Below are positions 23,897 through 36,506 of a stretch of DNA of 38,268 nt, piece by piece. Origin of the DNA: Paraglomus brasilianum. Taxonomy: Eukaryota. The notes beneath the pieces were generated by a model. It made no database searches and was not told where the DNA came from. It was given only the letters and a program-made list of their open reading frames with translations. Position numbers and translations under genes: made by a program. The number at the start of each line of letters is the position of its first letter. The stretch's first letter is position 1. The DNA is taken from the NCBI GenBank assembly GCA_910592345.1, contig CAJVPI010000260.1, positions 1-38,268 on the forward strand, written 5' to 3'.

Positions 23897-25698
23897 TAAC
23901 AATTGGTGTTATGATGTGATATGATGCGATTGCTTGTAATCCTGAGTAATCGTAAAGACGATATATTAACATTATGTAGTCATAATTATATACGGATATT
24001 GTCACAGTATATGTATTATAAAAGAACATTATATTGCTCAATAAAGAATGACTTTTTAGCTAAACGTCTAAACAACCGTCCACTGACTTTAAAATTACCA
24101 ACATTATTTTGAATACACACTGTATGAGTATTTTTCAATAAACGGTCAAATTACATAAAAAAGTATCGTGTACAATAACAACAGACCATTAAAGGTTAAT
24201 AGTACATTACTCATATCGAATACTGGCCTTGGAATTTAGCCTTTTCCGACGAGATTCTTGACTAGCTCTACTTCAACTAAATCTACAATGTTAATTAGTG
24301 ACCTTTACATTGGGTTTAAATACTCACGATGTTAAATCGGTCTTGTTACACTTTCATTATTCAATCTTGAATAATACGTCTATTGCTCTCTGCGGGATTA
24401 ATTCAAGAGCCTATAGCGATAGGTCGGGGAAATTAAATGCGCAATAACGAATTAAATAATAACCCTGTTGTCAAGATTCTTTAGCACCGACGGCATGATC
24501 GACACTATTTACCACTGATCGAGAAAGCGTTCTAAACACTTTATCAGCGATAGAATACTTATGACTAGGGAACGAACGATAAATTACGTATTTGATAATT
24601 CATGTTTCTTTATTAGAATTCAAAGAGCTATTCTAAAGTTATTTATTACAATTAATTAATTGAAGGACGAGCTAAAAATCAGCAAATTTGTCCTTATTTA
24701 TTTATTTATTTCGTATCACTGTTTCACCGCGTGTTGTTTATAGCGCATTTCCACAAGCATTACACTGATGAATCCAATGTAGCATGTTTGTGTTACTGAG
24801 CGGAAATCACGGACTATACATGCCACGTCCGCCTTCTTATACCAACTCCATAATAAGTCGAGACCGTTTATTTTCTTGATTAGTACCTATAAGATGCTGG
24901 CAAAACTTATTAGTAACAATAACTTGGTTATGATGTTTCTCACAAATCGCATACGAGGTATGAAGAACAAACATAGGTATGATATAGTGCGAGTTGCTTA
25001 GCTGTTTTCTGAGTATTGCATGCCGCCAAACTTGCGATTTTTTTGTCTCACAAGGCCTTAACCCAATTTCACTACACTTTCCGTCAAACTCTCAAAGACG
25101 CACGGAAGGTCTCTTGCTCGTGGCTTTGGATAGACTGACACTGTCAAAAGGTTGTTTGAGATACAACTTAGTTAGCATGCTGTTTTGTCTTAGTCAAGCC
25201 AAGTACTTTTTCGAAACGAGTTGATTATTCTTGATTACTGGAAAATATGAAAAGTAGACGCCTTTTTCTTATGTATTTGCGTAGTTTTAGCTGCAAATGA
25301 TAATCGCGAAAATCCAGAAAACCCGTCTGTGTAAACCAAGAATTTCACGCAGATTATGCTCCTCTTTGGTATACTCCCTGACTGAAAAAAGTTTTGGCCG
25401 TATAAAATAAGCAATTGAAGCCTGATTACTTTATTTGGTAACTGAATAGTAATAGCCAAGACGAAATATTCAAGCCGAAAAATGCCAAGCACTTGTAATT
25501 TCCACTAGTTAACACTATCTTCAGCCATCTTCAGCTTATAGCTCTTTGATCTTAACATTTCTTTAATATCTTGTATTTCATTCATTAATGTTCTTCTTAT
25601 AATAAATCGGTATTTTAGTCCGGATAAAAATAATCGCTGTATTATTTCCTGGCCATTACGATGTGCTAACCCAATACGGTATATTTGGACATAACTTA

Positions 25699-25814
25699 AT
25701 TGGGGACCTGTCTCAGTTCTGGACTGAGTGTCTGGGTTCTGGACTGAGACAACTGAGTCCTGGACTGAGTGACTGGGTTCCGAACTGAGACAGGTCCCAA
25801 ACTCAGACACAACA
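25699..25814. mobile_element. Second, inverted copy of the 8653-8801 MITE
   Basis: TTGGGGACCTGTCTCAGTT...AACTGAGACAGGTCCCAAACTCAGACACAACA; one TIR lacks its outer bases. Confidence 0.85.
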
Positions 25815-26129
25815 TATATATAATTCCGGGAATTATATGGTGACGCACATAACTATGATATACCGTGCGTAACGAAAAAACCCCGTGCCATCCAAAATTG
25901 ACAAGAAAACGTGTTATTGATTACAAACGCAACCAACTACCATGCACTAAACATATTTAAGTACTATAGCAGATATCTCGATTAGTCCTTGCAACCTGGT
26001 CAACACAAGACTCGAAGAAACAATATACTATTATTGGCTTGGGGGTCCAATCCCTAACGAAAATACTGTACATCAAAAAACCAATATTCCTAAAGATACA
26101 GGAAATGTTGAGCACAAGAAGAGTAATAG

Positions 26130-26283
26130 GGGAGGTAATCATTTCATCGATAATCATTTCACCGACAATCATTTCACCGACAAATATTCACCAACATTAT
26201 TTCGAAGTTATCCTTTTTTGGTAGTTAATTGTCGGTGAAGTGTACTGTCAGTGAAATGATTGTCGATGAAATAATACAGACCC
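26130..26283. mobile_element. 154-bp Mutator-type (foldback-like) MITE with perfect 9-bp TSD
   Basis: GAGTAATAG at 26121-26129 and 26284-26292; GGG...CCC ends; ~55-bp imperfect TIRs built from 15-bp AATCATTTCACCGAC units. Confidence 0.9.
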
Positions 26284-26344
26284 GAGTAATAGACTCTCTC
26301 TCAAGTTACACAACTGTCACTCGCGCCGTTGAATAGCATGTGTG

Positions 26345-26660
26345 CAAGAAAACGCCTTAGTTTTCTTCATTGATATAATAGATAGCCTTTTTATGTAAGT
26401 ATATTGCAGACACAGCTCTTGCCTGCTGCCAAACACATATGCATAGCAAGAACTGGCATCTGCGACAAGATAATGAGTTATTCAAAGCATACCTCAATGT
26501 TACTAAGGATTTTATTGTAACAAATGGAATTTGGACTAGTGGCTGACCATTCAATAGTCCAGACCTAAACCAAGTCGAAAAGTTCGTGACTAAAGAATTG
26601 GAGAAAAAGGACTGTTGAAATTAAATCTCAACAATAAATGGGGATAGAATTTTGTATAAA
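26345..26660 (+). mobile_element. Tc1/IS630-family transposase, 3' (DDE) half, decayed
   Basis: VFFIDIIDSLFYVSILQTQLLPAAKH, WHLRQDN..SKHTS, (W)PFNSPDLNQVE, INGDRILY. Confidence 0.78.
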
Positions 26661-26685
26661 AATTATACGTATAATAATTTATGTG

Positions 26686-26812
26686 ATTTACATTATGCCG
26701 AGGTAAACTAATTACTTATGTTTATTGAATAGTTTAAATAATTATTGACTTATTATCATGTATCATTTTCACTAGTTATGTAATAAGCATCCAGATATTC
26801 TTACCACAGATG
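26686..26812 (+). repeat. Captured fragment of TKL kinase gene family including a complete intron
   Basis: Aligns to 37147-37274: TATGCCGAG|GTAAAC...CACTAG|TTATGT.ATAAGCATCC.GATATTCTTACCAC.GATG. Confidence 0.88.
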
Positions 26813-27300
26813 AGTGCATTTATTTGGTATTCAAGATGAAGCAGTACGCGAGCAAATTAACTATGTTCTCGATGAAGACGAAATTATCGGCAAAAGCCCT
26901 AATGGCACGCTGAGCATGGTATTCGATGGGATTAAGAGATTGAATAAAGGCGAAAAACGTCTAAAGATTACTTGTGATAATGCGGGGGGACAGAATAAAA
27001 ATAACGCCACTACTTGATTTTATTTGTATTTGGTTATCTGCGGCTATTATGAAAATATTGAATTAAATTTTATGGTACCTGTACACACTAAATTCAAGTG
27101 TGATGGTAGTTTTGGATTAATTAAAAAACTATACCGCAAAACAACAGTGGATTGCGTGAATCATATTGTTGAGGTTGTGAAAAGATCAAGTACAGCCGGA
27201 TTAAATAAATATCAGCGTTATGATAACGGAAAAGTTTTCAATACAAAAATATAAGCATTTTTTATTTAAAGCAGCCAATCCTGGAGTCGCCAAAACCCAA
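26813..27300 (+). mobile_element. Second Sola1-like transposase fragment (catalytic core)
   Basis: VHLFGIQDEAVREQINYVLDEDEIIGK is near-identical to 12509-12600; continues ITCDNAGGQNKNNATT(W)FYLYL, FMVPVHTKFKCDGSFGLIK, HFLFKAANPG. Confidence 0.85.
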
Positions 27301-30300
27301 CTGGTCCCGTAACGTAGAATCATAATATACGCGACAAAAGATTGTTTCCCTTTGCAACAAAATAATATTATTCACACAACATAGCTTTTTCCGTGGAAGA
27401 ACTTTGTGCCAGTTAATTTGCTTTTATGGAAATTAGTTAAACTTCTCACTCGCCTTACCTCTGTTAAATATTTGAGACATTGTAGCAATTAAGTACACTT
27501 TATTCCAGGTCGTTTAGCGATGTTCTGTGCTGGCAGAGTAGGGAATAACGGTCTCTGTATATTATAAGTTCCAGAACCAAGAGCTTAATTAGATTCTTTT
27601 CGGATATTTTGTAAGTACAAATTATCGAATAAATAAAACAGGTTTCAAATGTAATTAAATTACTTGCTGATACCGAGTATCCATGGACACAGGAATAATA
27701 ATATTAATTAAACCGTGAATTTTATTAATTTTACATCCCCGTGGCGGACTTATAATGTGAGCTTCACCATTCACACAATTGATCTTTGTTACCAAAAATT
27801 AACAATAATATGGACGAATCAAGCGACAAGCATTTATTACTCTTCTCTTCAAAATCCAGCTGTTCCTTTTTGGACTTCTGGGAAAGACCAATAAATGCTT
27901 GTTAAGGTAAAGGATAAATTAGAATTGGGAAATGAGAAAGACAGCGCTATATCTTCTTCTCTAAAGTTTTGATAATCATAATCTATTAAAACACATTAAG
28001 CTCATAGTAAGCGACCTGCTAAATTACCCAAAATCAAAGTAAATTTTGATTACAAGTACAGAATTATTAGTACATACATAGTTATATATAGTATAGTTCC
28101 AATTGGACTGTATTAATGCTATTTCATGACATTGCATGCTTACTTACAAGTTGGTTCCATTCTTTTGTTAATTCTTATTCTGCTTTAACTCACTAGTAAT
28201 TCCCCAATAAAAGCTTTGATTAATAAGGGTATACCATTTTCTATTTTCCATTACTTGCCTAATCTTGACTGATGCTTTGGAACATTATTCTCAAAATTTA
28301 GTATCTCCAAGCAAAAACCCTTTTCACGAATGCATACTAGTGTTAGCTTGCCAAACCTGAAACGGAGAATCTTAAAGGATGCTTTACAGAATAAACATTA
28401 ATGAAAGTGATCTCGTCTGTAAATTACTTTAAGACTATTATACACCTTTTACTCTGCTGATGTTTCCAATGTTTACAATTTTGTATCATTTATGGAGTGA
28501 GTAGTAAAGACATTTTCAGGGGTCAAGTTTGAAAATTTATACACTTGATAAAGACAGTTTGCAAACTTGTGTAGGGTACCATTCGTTCAAATCACTTATT
28601 CAAGTGTCTTTCTTTTTATCGCCGAGGTCTCAAACGGGTTACTATTATCATATTACAAAACCTGTAAATAGGTGAAAGGATGGACAAGTGAGAACCCAGA
28701 TCGATAATGAGACATACAAGCAGAATATCTGCCAGGAAAATCAATGTTATTGATTAGAAGATAAACCACCAAAATGCTAACTACATTTTCAAACCACTCA
28801 CTTCACTCGATGGTTAAACAAAGATGAAATATCATACTATTTCCGTTCACTTTGTTTGCAGCATGCGAAAAAGACCGGATCTACATCAGTCAGCCCGTTC
28901 AATTATATGTCATTCGTATTGATACTTTGTGTTCAATTAACCAAAAGGGCGAGTATAAACCTTAGGGGCAAAAGGCATCATAACAAAGTTAAGTTTCAGC
29001 TCCTAATTTTCCAAGGTTCAGCGCGTGAATAGTGTGGGAATATCTGTGATCGCAGCCCGTTCAGTAAATTGATCAGTATCACAGTCTTTCTGTTTTGGCT
29101 AACAATTTCACCATCCTTTTTTAGGCAAATACCTATCGACAATCAACAGGCAGTTGACATCCTAGAATCTTATCGATCTTACGTGTGGGACATATCATCA
29201 TGCGGACACTAGCCAAAAAGTGGGGATGGAGAATATGTAAATTGTTTGTTGAAGCTACGTATAGACATTGATCTTTCTTATTTATTACTAAAATAATGCG
29301 AATTTTCGTATCTATGTGTGCTATCTAACCAGGCGAGTATTTATACGTTGTAATTAATGACAACTGTCAAGGTATCGAAAAAAGCTATATGGAATTTCGG
29401 TATTTCTAAAAAAAAACCAAACTAAAATTAACTAGACGATCAATTTCGGAAGATCGCTCGACGTCATTCAGGTTGACTATTTCAACAAGATACCTCCACC
29501 TAAAGCAATCTCTCTAGCCCATTCAAACAGTCTGAATGTGCAAGAGGTAAAGCAACTAATACTTGAATAGAAAACCTTATTTCGTTGCCATTGATAGATA
29601 GTGTGACATCATTGTGCATGTGTTTAATATTAGATTTTCTAAATTAGGGAATGTGTCATGCATGTACAATTATAGAGTCGCTTCCCCGATCCAGCGAAAT
29701 TGCGCCATAATTGTTGAAACTTTGACTATACCGAAGACAGAGCCAATAAAAAAGTCATAAATACTTGCATGAACCTGTCTCTCCGCAAAACGTGCCGATC
29801 AGACCAAATAATTATGCGGAGAACACATTCATGTTTACTTTGTTATAGAATTGTATATTAAGGCTTTGATGCTATGAAACAAACACACAACCTTTGCATT
29901 TCATCCATCTGACAGCTTTTTTATGTATTCTCTTTCCTCTACTTTCGATTTTCTCGCTTTGTGGCCGTCTACTTTTTCCAACCGTAAACTCGCCTTTTGA
30001 TTCGTATGTGAGCACGTCGTTTCGTTGCGAAATTGTGAAAGTAGTACAAACCCCTAATCTTAAATCCTCTTTGGCGGAGATTGTTACCAATTTGGGCGAT
30101 TTGAGACACACGTTGAACGTTTTGTAGAATAAATAGTCGCGGGAACCGAAAAGGTCGAGCGGGCATTTTTAAGTGTCTTCCTTTGTATAAAGAAAAAAGC
30201 AAGAAGAAATAAACGATAACCAAGTAATTAAGCCATGCACTAGTATGTATTATTACTGCATTTAATTCCTACAACTTGCGTAAAATCAGGTCTCAATTAA

Positions 30301-32330
30301 TGCTTTAATTTGTTCCCGCGACTGAATACCGTTCCCGTTGTCTTATCATCAGTCTCGCTGATGCCAATGCCCATCCTTTCTTCTTTTCCGTCATTTCCAT
30401 GCAAATGCTCATATTTTTCGCCATTTTTATTCACTGCAGCAAATTTCACACGGGTACAAAGGGGGCAGTCTTATCGGTACAATATCGAATCGACTGTATA
30501 TAAAAATGCCATCTTGCTTGCATTAGAGTCTAATGTTAGAAAGCATTTGATGGATATGATGGAGTAACAGGCAAACTATTGGGTTGTATCGAGTACGTTT
30601 GGATGCATCTCGTACAAAACGGTTGCTATACGAATTCAATCACGGACCGTTCACGTCAGTCAGTACTCACAGCAAAAGCATATTGATGAACACTATTCTG
30701 CGAGAGAGAAGTATTTGCATCACTACGTACAAAGCGACATCCAATTGACCTGGTTCTACCTTCTGCTCCCATACTCCAGCAATTTTTTTTCTCACACTCT
30801 TTTCATAATCCGCGCATAGTCTCAAGACCACTTACTTTCCCTGCGTCACTATATATATTTATCACGCCCTTTCCTCCCGTGCTCATAACATCCGCAACGT
30901 ATTAGCGAAAGCTGCAAACATCGATTCATGTTATATGCTGTCTGCATTTTACGAATGTAAGTCTAGAACAATGCTTTTGTTAGCTGGGATAGAGACATCA
31001 TTATCGATATGGTTCTGACATAGAATTATAATCTGTATTTGCTTTTGCGGACAGACATGCAGACCCACTTCCATCTCGATAACGCCAAACGCACGATTAT
31101 TGCACTTGCCAAACTTTCCATCAAATTCGCGCCATCCCGTCATCAATATCCAGTCATAACGACACGTAACGACTTTCATAACGGGCTTTGGCACTCGCAG
31201 TGGATAAAATAGCACATGGCCATTGGTGTGCTCTGTATTGCCAGTTTTTGTCTAGATGTTATATGAGCCGCGCGGGATGTCTACAATTGGTGCCTGTTTT
31301 AAGATGAATCATTCGTTTTCTTCTTTCTTTTCTTTTCATTTTTTTTATCGTTTTCGGTTTACATTCTTACGTGCAACGTTTCTTTACGAAGGTTGATGTT
31401 GACCACTTACATTGTTCATTGACCATTGTTTGGAGGATTATTTATGCTTTCTAGGACTAAAGCACAAAAGCATTCTATACATTCATCAGCATCGACTTAA
31501 GTTTACTTTCGCTGACCGCATTTGCGTCAGAAAATTATTTTATGTCTTCATTTTATATATATATCATTTTCATCGCTCATACATATTTTTATCCTTTTAT
31601 TCTTTTACAATTTATTGAACCAACGTGACAGATTTTATTTGATGGTTTAGCGCAACTCTATGTATGGTTCTGCATATGTACAATAAGCCTGTATTTCTCA
31701 TCCATTTAATAAGTGCATCCCAACCACATCTGCAAAATTCTTTAGTATAAGGGAAACATAAAACATATTCTACTCTGTTCATAACAATTCGGATGCTTAT
31801 GGCGTGTTCTAGGTCGATAATTCCTTGGATTATTTGTAGCGAGTCTTTCGAGTATTACCTTTTCTTTCTACAATAATAAAAATTACGAAATGATGCGTAT
31901 AAACATATAAGGATATGTTTAATTACTCGCGATGATCTCGGCTCTTCCGCGCGTCTCTTGTGGTTTGACACAATTGGGATAGATTGCCGAGGTAACCATT
32001 GTATACAGTATGCCGATACTGATCGACGATCCCCAAGACCGCAAATGGCAATGTCATACAGCATACATGTGAGATATCTGATATGCCAATATTGATCGTA
32101 TGTTCATGTTTGTTGATCGTATGGAAATAAATTCAATGTTGATCGCATAATATTGGCTTGCACAAGTACTTTTACTCTTGTTTCAAAGTATATAAGGATT
32201 GGTTGCTTATCTTCACCGGGGGGGGGGGGGAGTAAGGCTGCTGAACATTCTAATTACAGGACAACACTCGAAAAAATTATGGTTCAAATTGAGTTAAGGC
32301 TGGGGAGTGTCTCGTTAGAATAAGGTAAAT

Positions 32331-32900
32331 GTACCGGACAAAAGTATCAGACACCCTAACTTTATTAATTGCTCAAAAGTGTACATAATAATTGAGGCTA
32401 AAGTTTTTATATGCCAAGCCTAACTTCTTATGAAAACACGGATATAATTTTTAAGCATTGATTATATTTATCGTGGCAGATTAAAACGAAATCGGATTAA
32501 AACGAAATTTGGTGTCTTTTTGGATCCTCTTTTAATACATCTGAACCCACATACTGTATACTCTTCTATTAACAAAAGTTACCCTAAATCCCAGTCCAAA
32601 TCCCAAAAAAAGTGCCCTCAAAAAATTTAAAATTTCATATTAAAATAGAGAAATTTTCATTTTAATCCGATTTTGTTTTAATCTGTCACATTTATTTCCT
32701 TTGTAAACAATATAATAAACGGGATTGGTGTTTTAATCTTTAACTTGAAAATGTCTGACTTAACCGAAGCCAAATTATCAAACTTTTTAAAAGCGGTGCT
32801 ACCAAAATGAGTATATCTAAAACTCTTGGCTTCCTTAGAGCAACAGTAATACAAACAATTCAAAAATTTTCTCGAAAGAAAAAGTCTCGCAACCAAACGC
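32331..32900 (+). mobile_element. Tc1/mariner 5' remnant (end sequence plus N-terminal HTH)
   Basis: GTACCGGACAAAAGTATCAGACACCC Tc1-like end; ATG at 32751 giving MSDLTE..QIIKLFKSGATKMSISKTLGFLRATVIQTIQKF..ERKS. Confidence 0.65.
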
Positions 32901-33558
32901 TTTAGTTCGCGTTTCGTGTGTATCGGTACATTTACTTTTCGTGTTAATATTGAGGATTTTGCGCTTTTGACGATTAAAGTTCCGGGACAAAATCGGCGAA
33001 ATGAAAACTCTTTCGTTGACTTCGACAATTTTTCTTTAGTAAATAGGTTGGAAAATTTTATAAAATGTGCAAAATATGTAAAACGATACTGCAAACAAGT
33101 TTAATTAATGCATAAAATACGGTTTGCGTTTTCATGGTGTGATTCGTATTTCTCCGTGACTTTACCAGCAAGTTCTGAAAATATTCATTTATGAAACGGC
33201 TTAGATCAAAAGTTGCCAACGAAGAAAATGACAATGTATGGTAGTTCACAAAGAAATGTGCTATCAAGGTTATGATTTTGTTTGAGGGTGTTACTAAAGA
33301 ACGCAAATCTCCAAGTGAAATGATACACGTATTTTGGTAAGCTAAAAACAGCAAATGGGATTGAAAGGTTAAGTGAGGAGAACAAACTATAGTTAGGAGA
33401 ACACGCTTTACTTCACTACGCTGTTGAATTATCATATAGACATCAATATGTTAATGCGTTTATTGTCGAAATCAATAGCAATAGATGACGTACTCCTTCG
33501 AAATATATGTCTACATCATCGCATCGCAGTGTGTTTTGCGAAATGTAAAATAGTTAAT

Positions 33559-34330
33559 ACCCATAGCATAGCCTTCTAAACAAGCTTTGAATAGTCCATC
33601 AATGCGAATTCGGTTTTGATGCCCTGCATTTGGATTGTGGTTGGGAAAAGCCTCACACTATTGTCGTAAATCTCTTATAAACACTGCTGGATCTTCACCG
33701 CGAAATTTTGGAGGGGTTATCCATGCCTGTATGTTGTATTTGCTCAGAATTTTGAGCGCGAGTTTTCCACTCACTCCACTTATTATTATTGTCCAACTGT
33801 AAGTTACAGAAGAAGTAAATCATTCTGCATTCTAAGTTTTAATTCTCTCCCATGTACCGACATGTTGTTCTAATCGATAAACATATACCTTATAAATAAA
33901 TTCAAGAGCACGTTTGAATTTGGACTGTTCATCCCATACCAAGCTTAGATTACGCCACAAACGTCCTCACAAATTATGTCCTTGTCAACGTCATCGAATT
34001 CCTTGAGTAAGTTGGTTGATTAGATTCTGCTGGTTTATATCTAATTGTCTAAATTAAAATGTATTGATATCATTCTGTAATAAACCTATCTGATTATTAC
34101 TAGCATTACGCTGAGCAATAACTTTAGTCAAATTATTTTGCAATGCAGTATGGCGTATATATTGATACGCAAGTCTCCAGTGAGTCGTCTGATTTAAGGT
34201 TCCATCAATCCCTTTGACCATTATATCTTGATCCGGAGAATTATTTCGTGGTGGAAAATTAATAAAAAACGATATAATAATAAAGTAAGTTCTGCTGTCT
34301 ATCAAGAGATCGAATCGCTGATATTCTGAT
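33559..34330 (-). mobile_element. Ty3/Gypsy-like gag remnant (coiled-coil region plus capsid N-terminus)
   Basis: Minus strand 33715-33559 reads PPKFRGEDPAVFIRDLRQ*CEA...RIRIDGLFKACLEGYA, preceded by a broken Q/N-rich coiled-coil ORF (34054-34330). Confidence 0.55.
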
Positions 34331-36506
34331 TGGCCGAAATTTAAATTCGTTTTTGTTATTGTCAAGCATATTAATATTAATACAATCACAGTATTTCCGG
34401 CACATGAAAATTTCCATTCCTATATGGTTATACTTTCCTATATTCTTTTTTCCTTGTCCAGTATATACTAAGCGTCATTAGAAGCGTAGGGGCGGAGACG
34501 AAGAGGGAGGAATAAAGCATGCCAGTGATGCCAGACAATTCACTGGCCACAGATTGCATAGTTATCGAATAAGTACCTTTCAGACTATCGAACAAAGTCC
34601 AGTCGGTGATTGGCTTTAGATTGCTGGGGGAGTTGCTCTTTCTATATTGAGAAGCATTTGTGCAAAAGCTGCTTCCGTAATTGTTCCTTTGATTTGGGCC
34701 GCTAAGTAATTCTCAAGCGCGTGCCAATATACACTATACTGCCAATTTGGCGTATTGGAAGCGCCTTTATCCATTCATATAAGGAAATAGGATCGTTCCA
34801 GTTAGGAACTGATAGAGGATGGATGCACAAGTAAATTGGGTGTGATGGCGAAGGGTAGGGTGGATAAATGGAACGAGTGATAAATATGGATGTGATGATA
34901 TACAAGAAAAGCGACAAACAATACCAGTGATATTTACCTTGCTGTTTTCGTTTCCGTGCAAGATAATTTCCCCATCCTTAGCATCGTGATTGTTTGCTCT
35001 GTATTCAGCAGCAAATTCTTCGTATTCTTGAGAGTCTATCATGTTTGTCAAATTATGAGAAGAAAGAAAAGAACGTGTAGCTGCGCGCGTTTATATCTTG
35101 CTACGCATCATGGGAAAGATCACGTTCTGGAACAATTGACGCGCATCAAATTATACTCCTGATGACGTTTCATACATACGAATATTCCGCTGACACGTGA
35201 TAATTAAAGTTACATTTAGTATCCCAAGTTTGTAACATGAGACGCTTATTTATTTAATGTTATCTGGACTTGAAGCTTGAAATAGCTGTTACGAAAAACG
35301 TTTAATCCGTTGGATGTACATCATTTATTGCGCAAATTATTTTTCGGTCACACTATTTTTCAGAAATTTATTATTCTTATCTTTCGAATAACCAAATAAA
35401 ACCAGAAAAAGGGAATACGAAAACCGGTTTAAAAGGACAGGCACCGCCAGCATATATAAGCCGCGAATAATTATATTAACGAAATAAAAATTAGCCACTC
35501 TGTGACTGCCTTCGACAATGAATTATAACCATATCTGCCATTAAAAATATAAATTGAACAATACAAATAAGTATAGCGATGAATTATTATAACAGGAACT
35601 GATGATACGTACGTAGTAACGATAACTATTGTAATAATTTTACCAATTAATTAAAATATTTACACAGGGATCGGTAATAATAACATATAATGTTAGCTTA
35701 TTCAATAGTTTGCATATACGACACATCTTACATCGACTTTTCGTACAAGTCATCCAGTTCAACGTTACGTGTAATAGAGCTTAACGTATTTTGTTCCTTT
35801 AACTAAATGCGTAGATGATCTGTAATTGACCAACCACATTTTAGCTTAAATTCCAAGAGCGAAAAGAATTAGTTAATATGTATGTCTATGAATAATAAGT
35901 CTCAACTGCTACTTCAACAGGCACTATTACTTGCAAATTCTTCTAGTGATAGTGAAGAGTCTCCTGATGGAACAAGTTCTGAATCAAGCGATAATGAACT
36001 GCTGACATAATTGAATACGTGTGTCGTCTATTTATTATGCGTATTTTGTGGTCTGATGTGTTCCAATTTTTATTACCTAAATTAGATATCCCCAAATTTG
36101 GAAAGAGAGAAAAATCGGAAATGAAAAGGAAAGACGGTAATAGTAATAGTAAGTGTTACTCACGGATCATCTCCGTGACTGTACAGTCGTACCTCATTTG
36201 TATCCCCTATTGTATCCGACTATAGTAATCTGCCTCTGGTTTATATGCCCTATTACTATCTCCTTTCTATTTATATAATCTGTGCCAGACTTGTACTACC
36301 AATTGAATATCATGCCAATGCCACTTTAATAAATTCTCAAGTGCAAATCAGGCCGTAAAATAAACATATTAATATAAGAGAGAGCATCTTGCTTATTTTC
36401 GCAAAGTCTATTAACCAATAAAATCGCATGCTTTAAATAACGTTGCACACACTCCCCGAAAAAGATAAACGAGGTACGATGTACTTGAAAACTTCTTATT
36501 CAAACG

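Noticed and set aside
25818..25838. Palindrome ATATAATTCC-G-GGAATTATAT next to the MITE
   Set aside because: AT-rich, single occurrence, absent beside the other MITE copy.
23367..26546. TGA at conserved Trp in two Tc1 remnants (23367-23369, 26544-26546) as evidence of code 4
   Set aside because: One event each in heavily decayed copies that also use TGG and show other G-to-A changes; ordinary nonsense mutation suffices.
27780..31300. Scattered protein-like fragments and short ORFs
   Set aside because: Probably decayed genes or repeats, but no motif could be recognised with confidence.
32678..33435. Minus-strand ORFs of 138 and 125 aa
   Set aside because: The first is largely antisense to the Tc1 HTH remnant; neither shows a recognisable domain.
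36154..36366. TG...CA segment as a solo LTR
   Set aside because: No target-site duplication and no second copy in the window.
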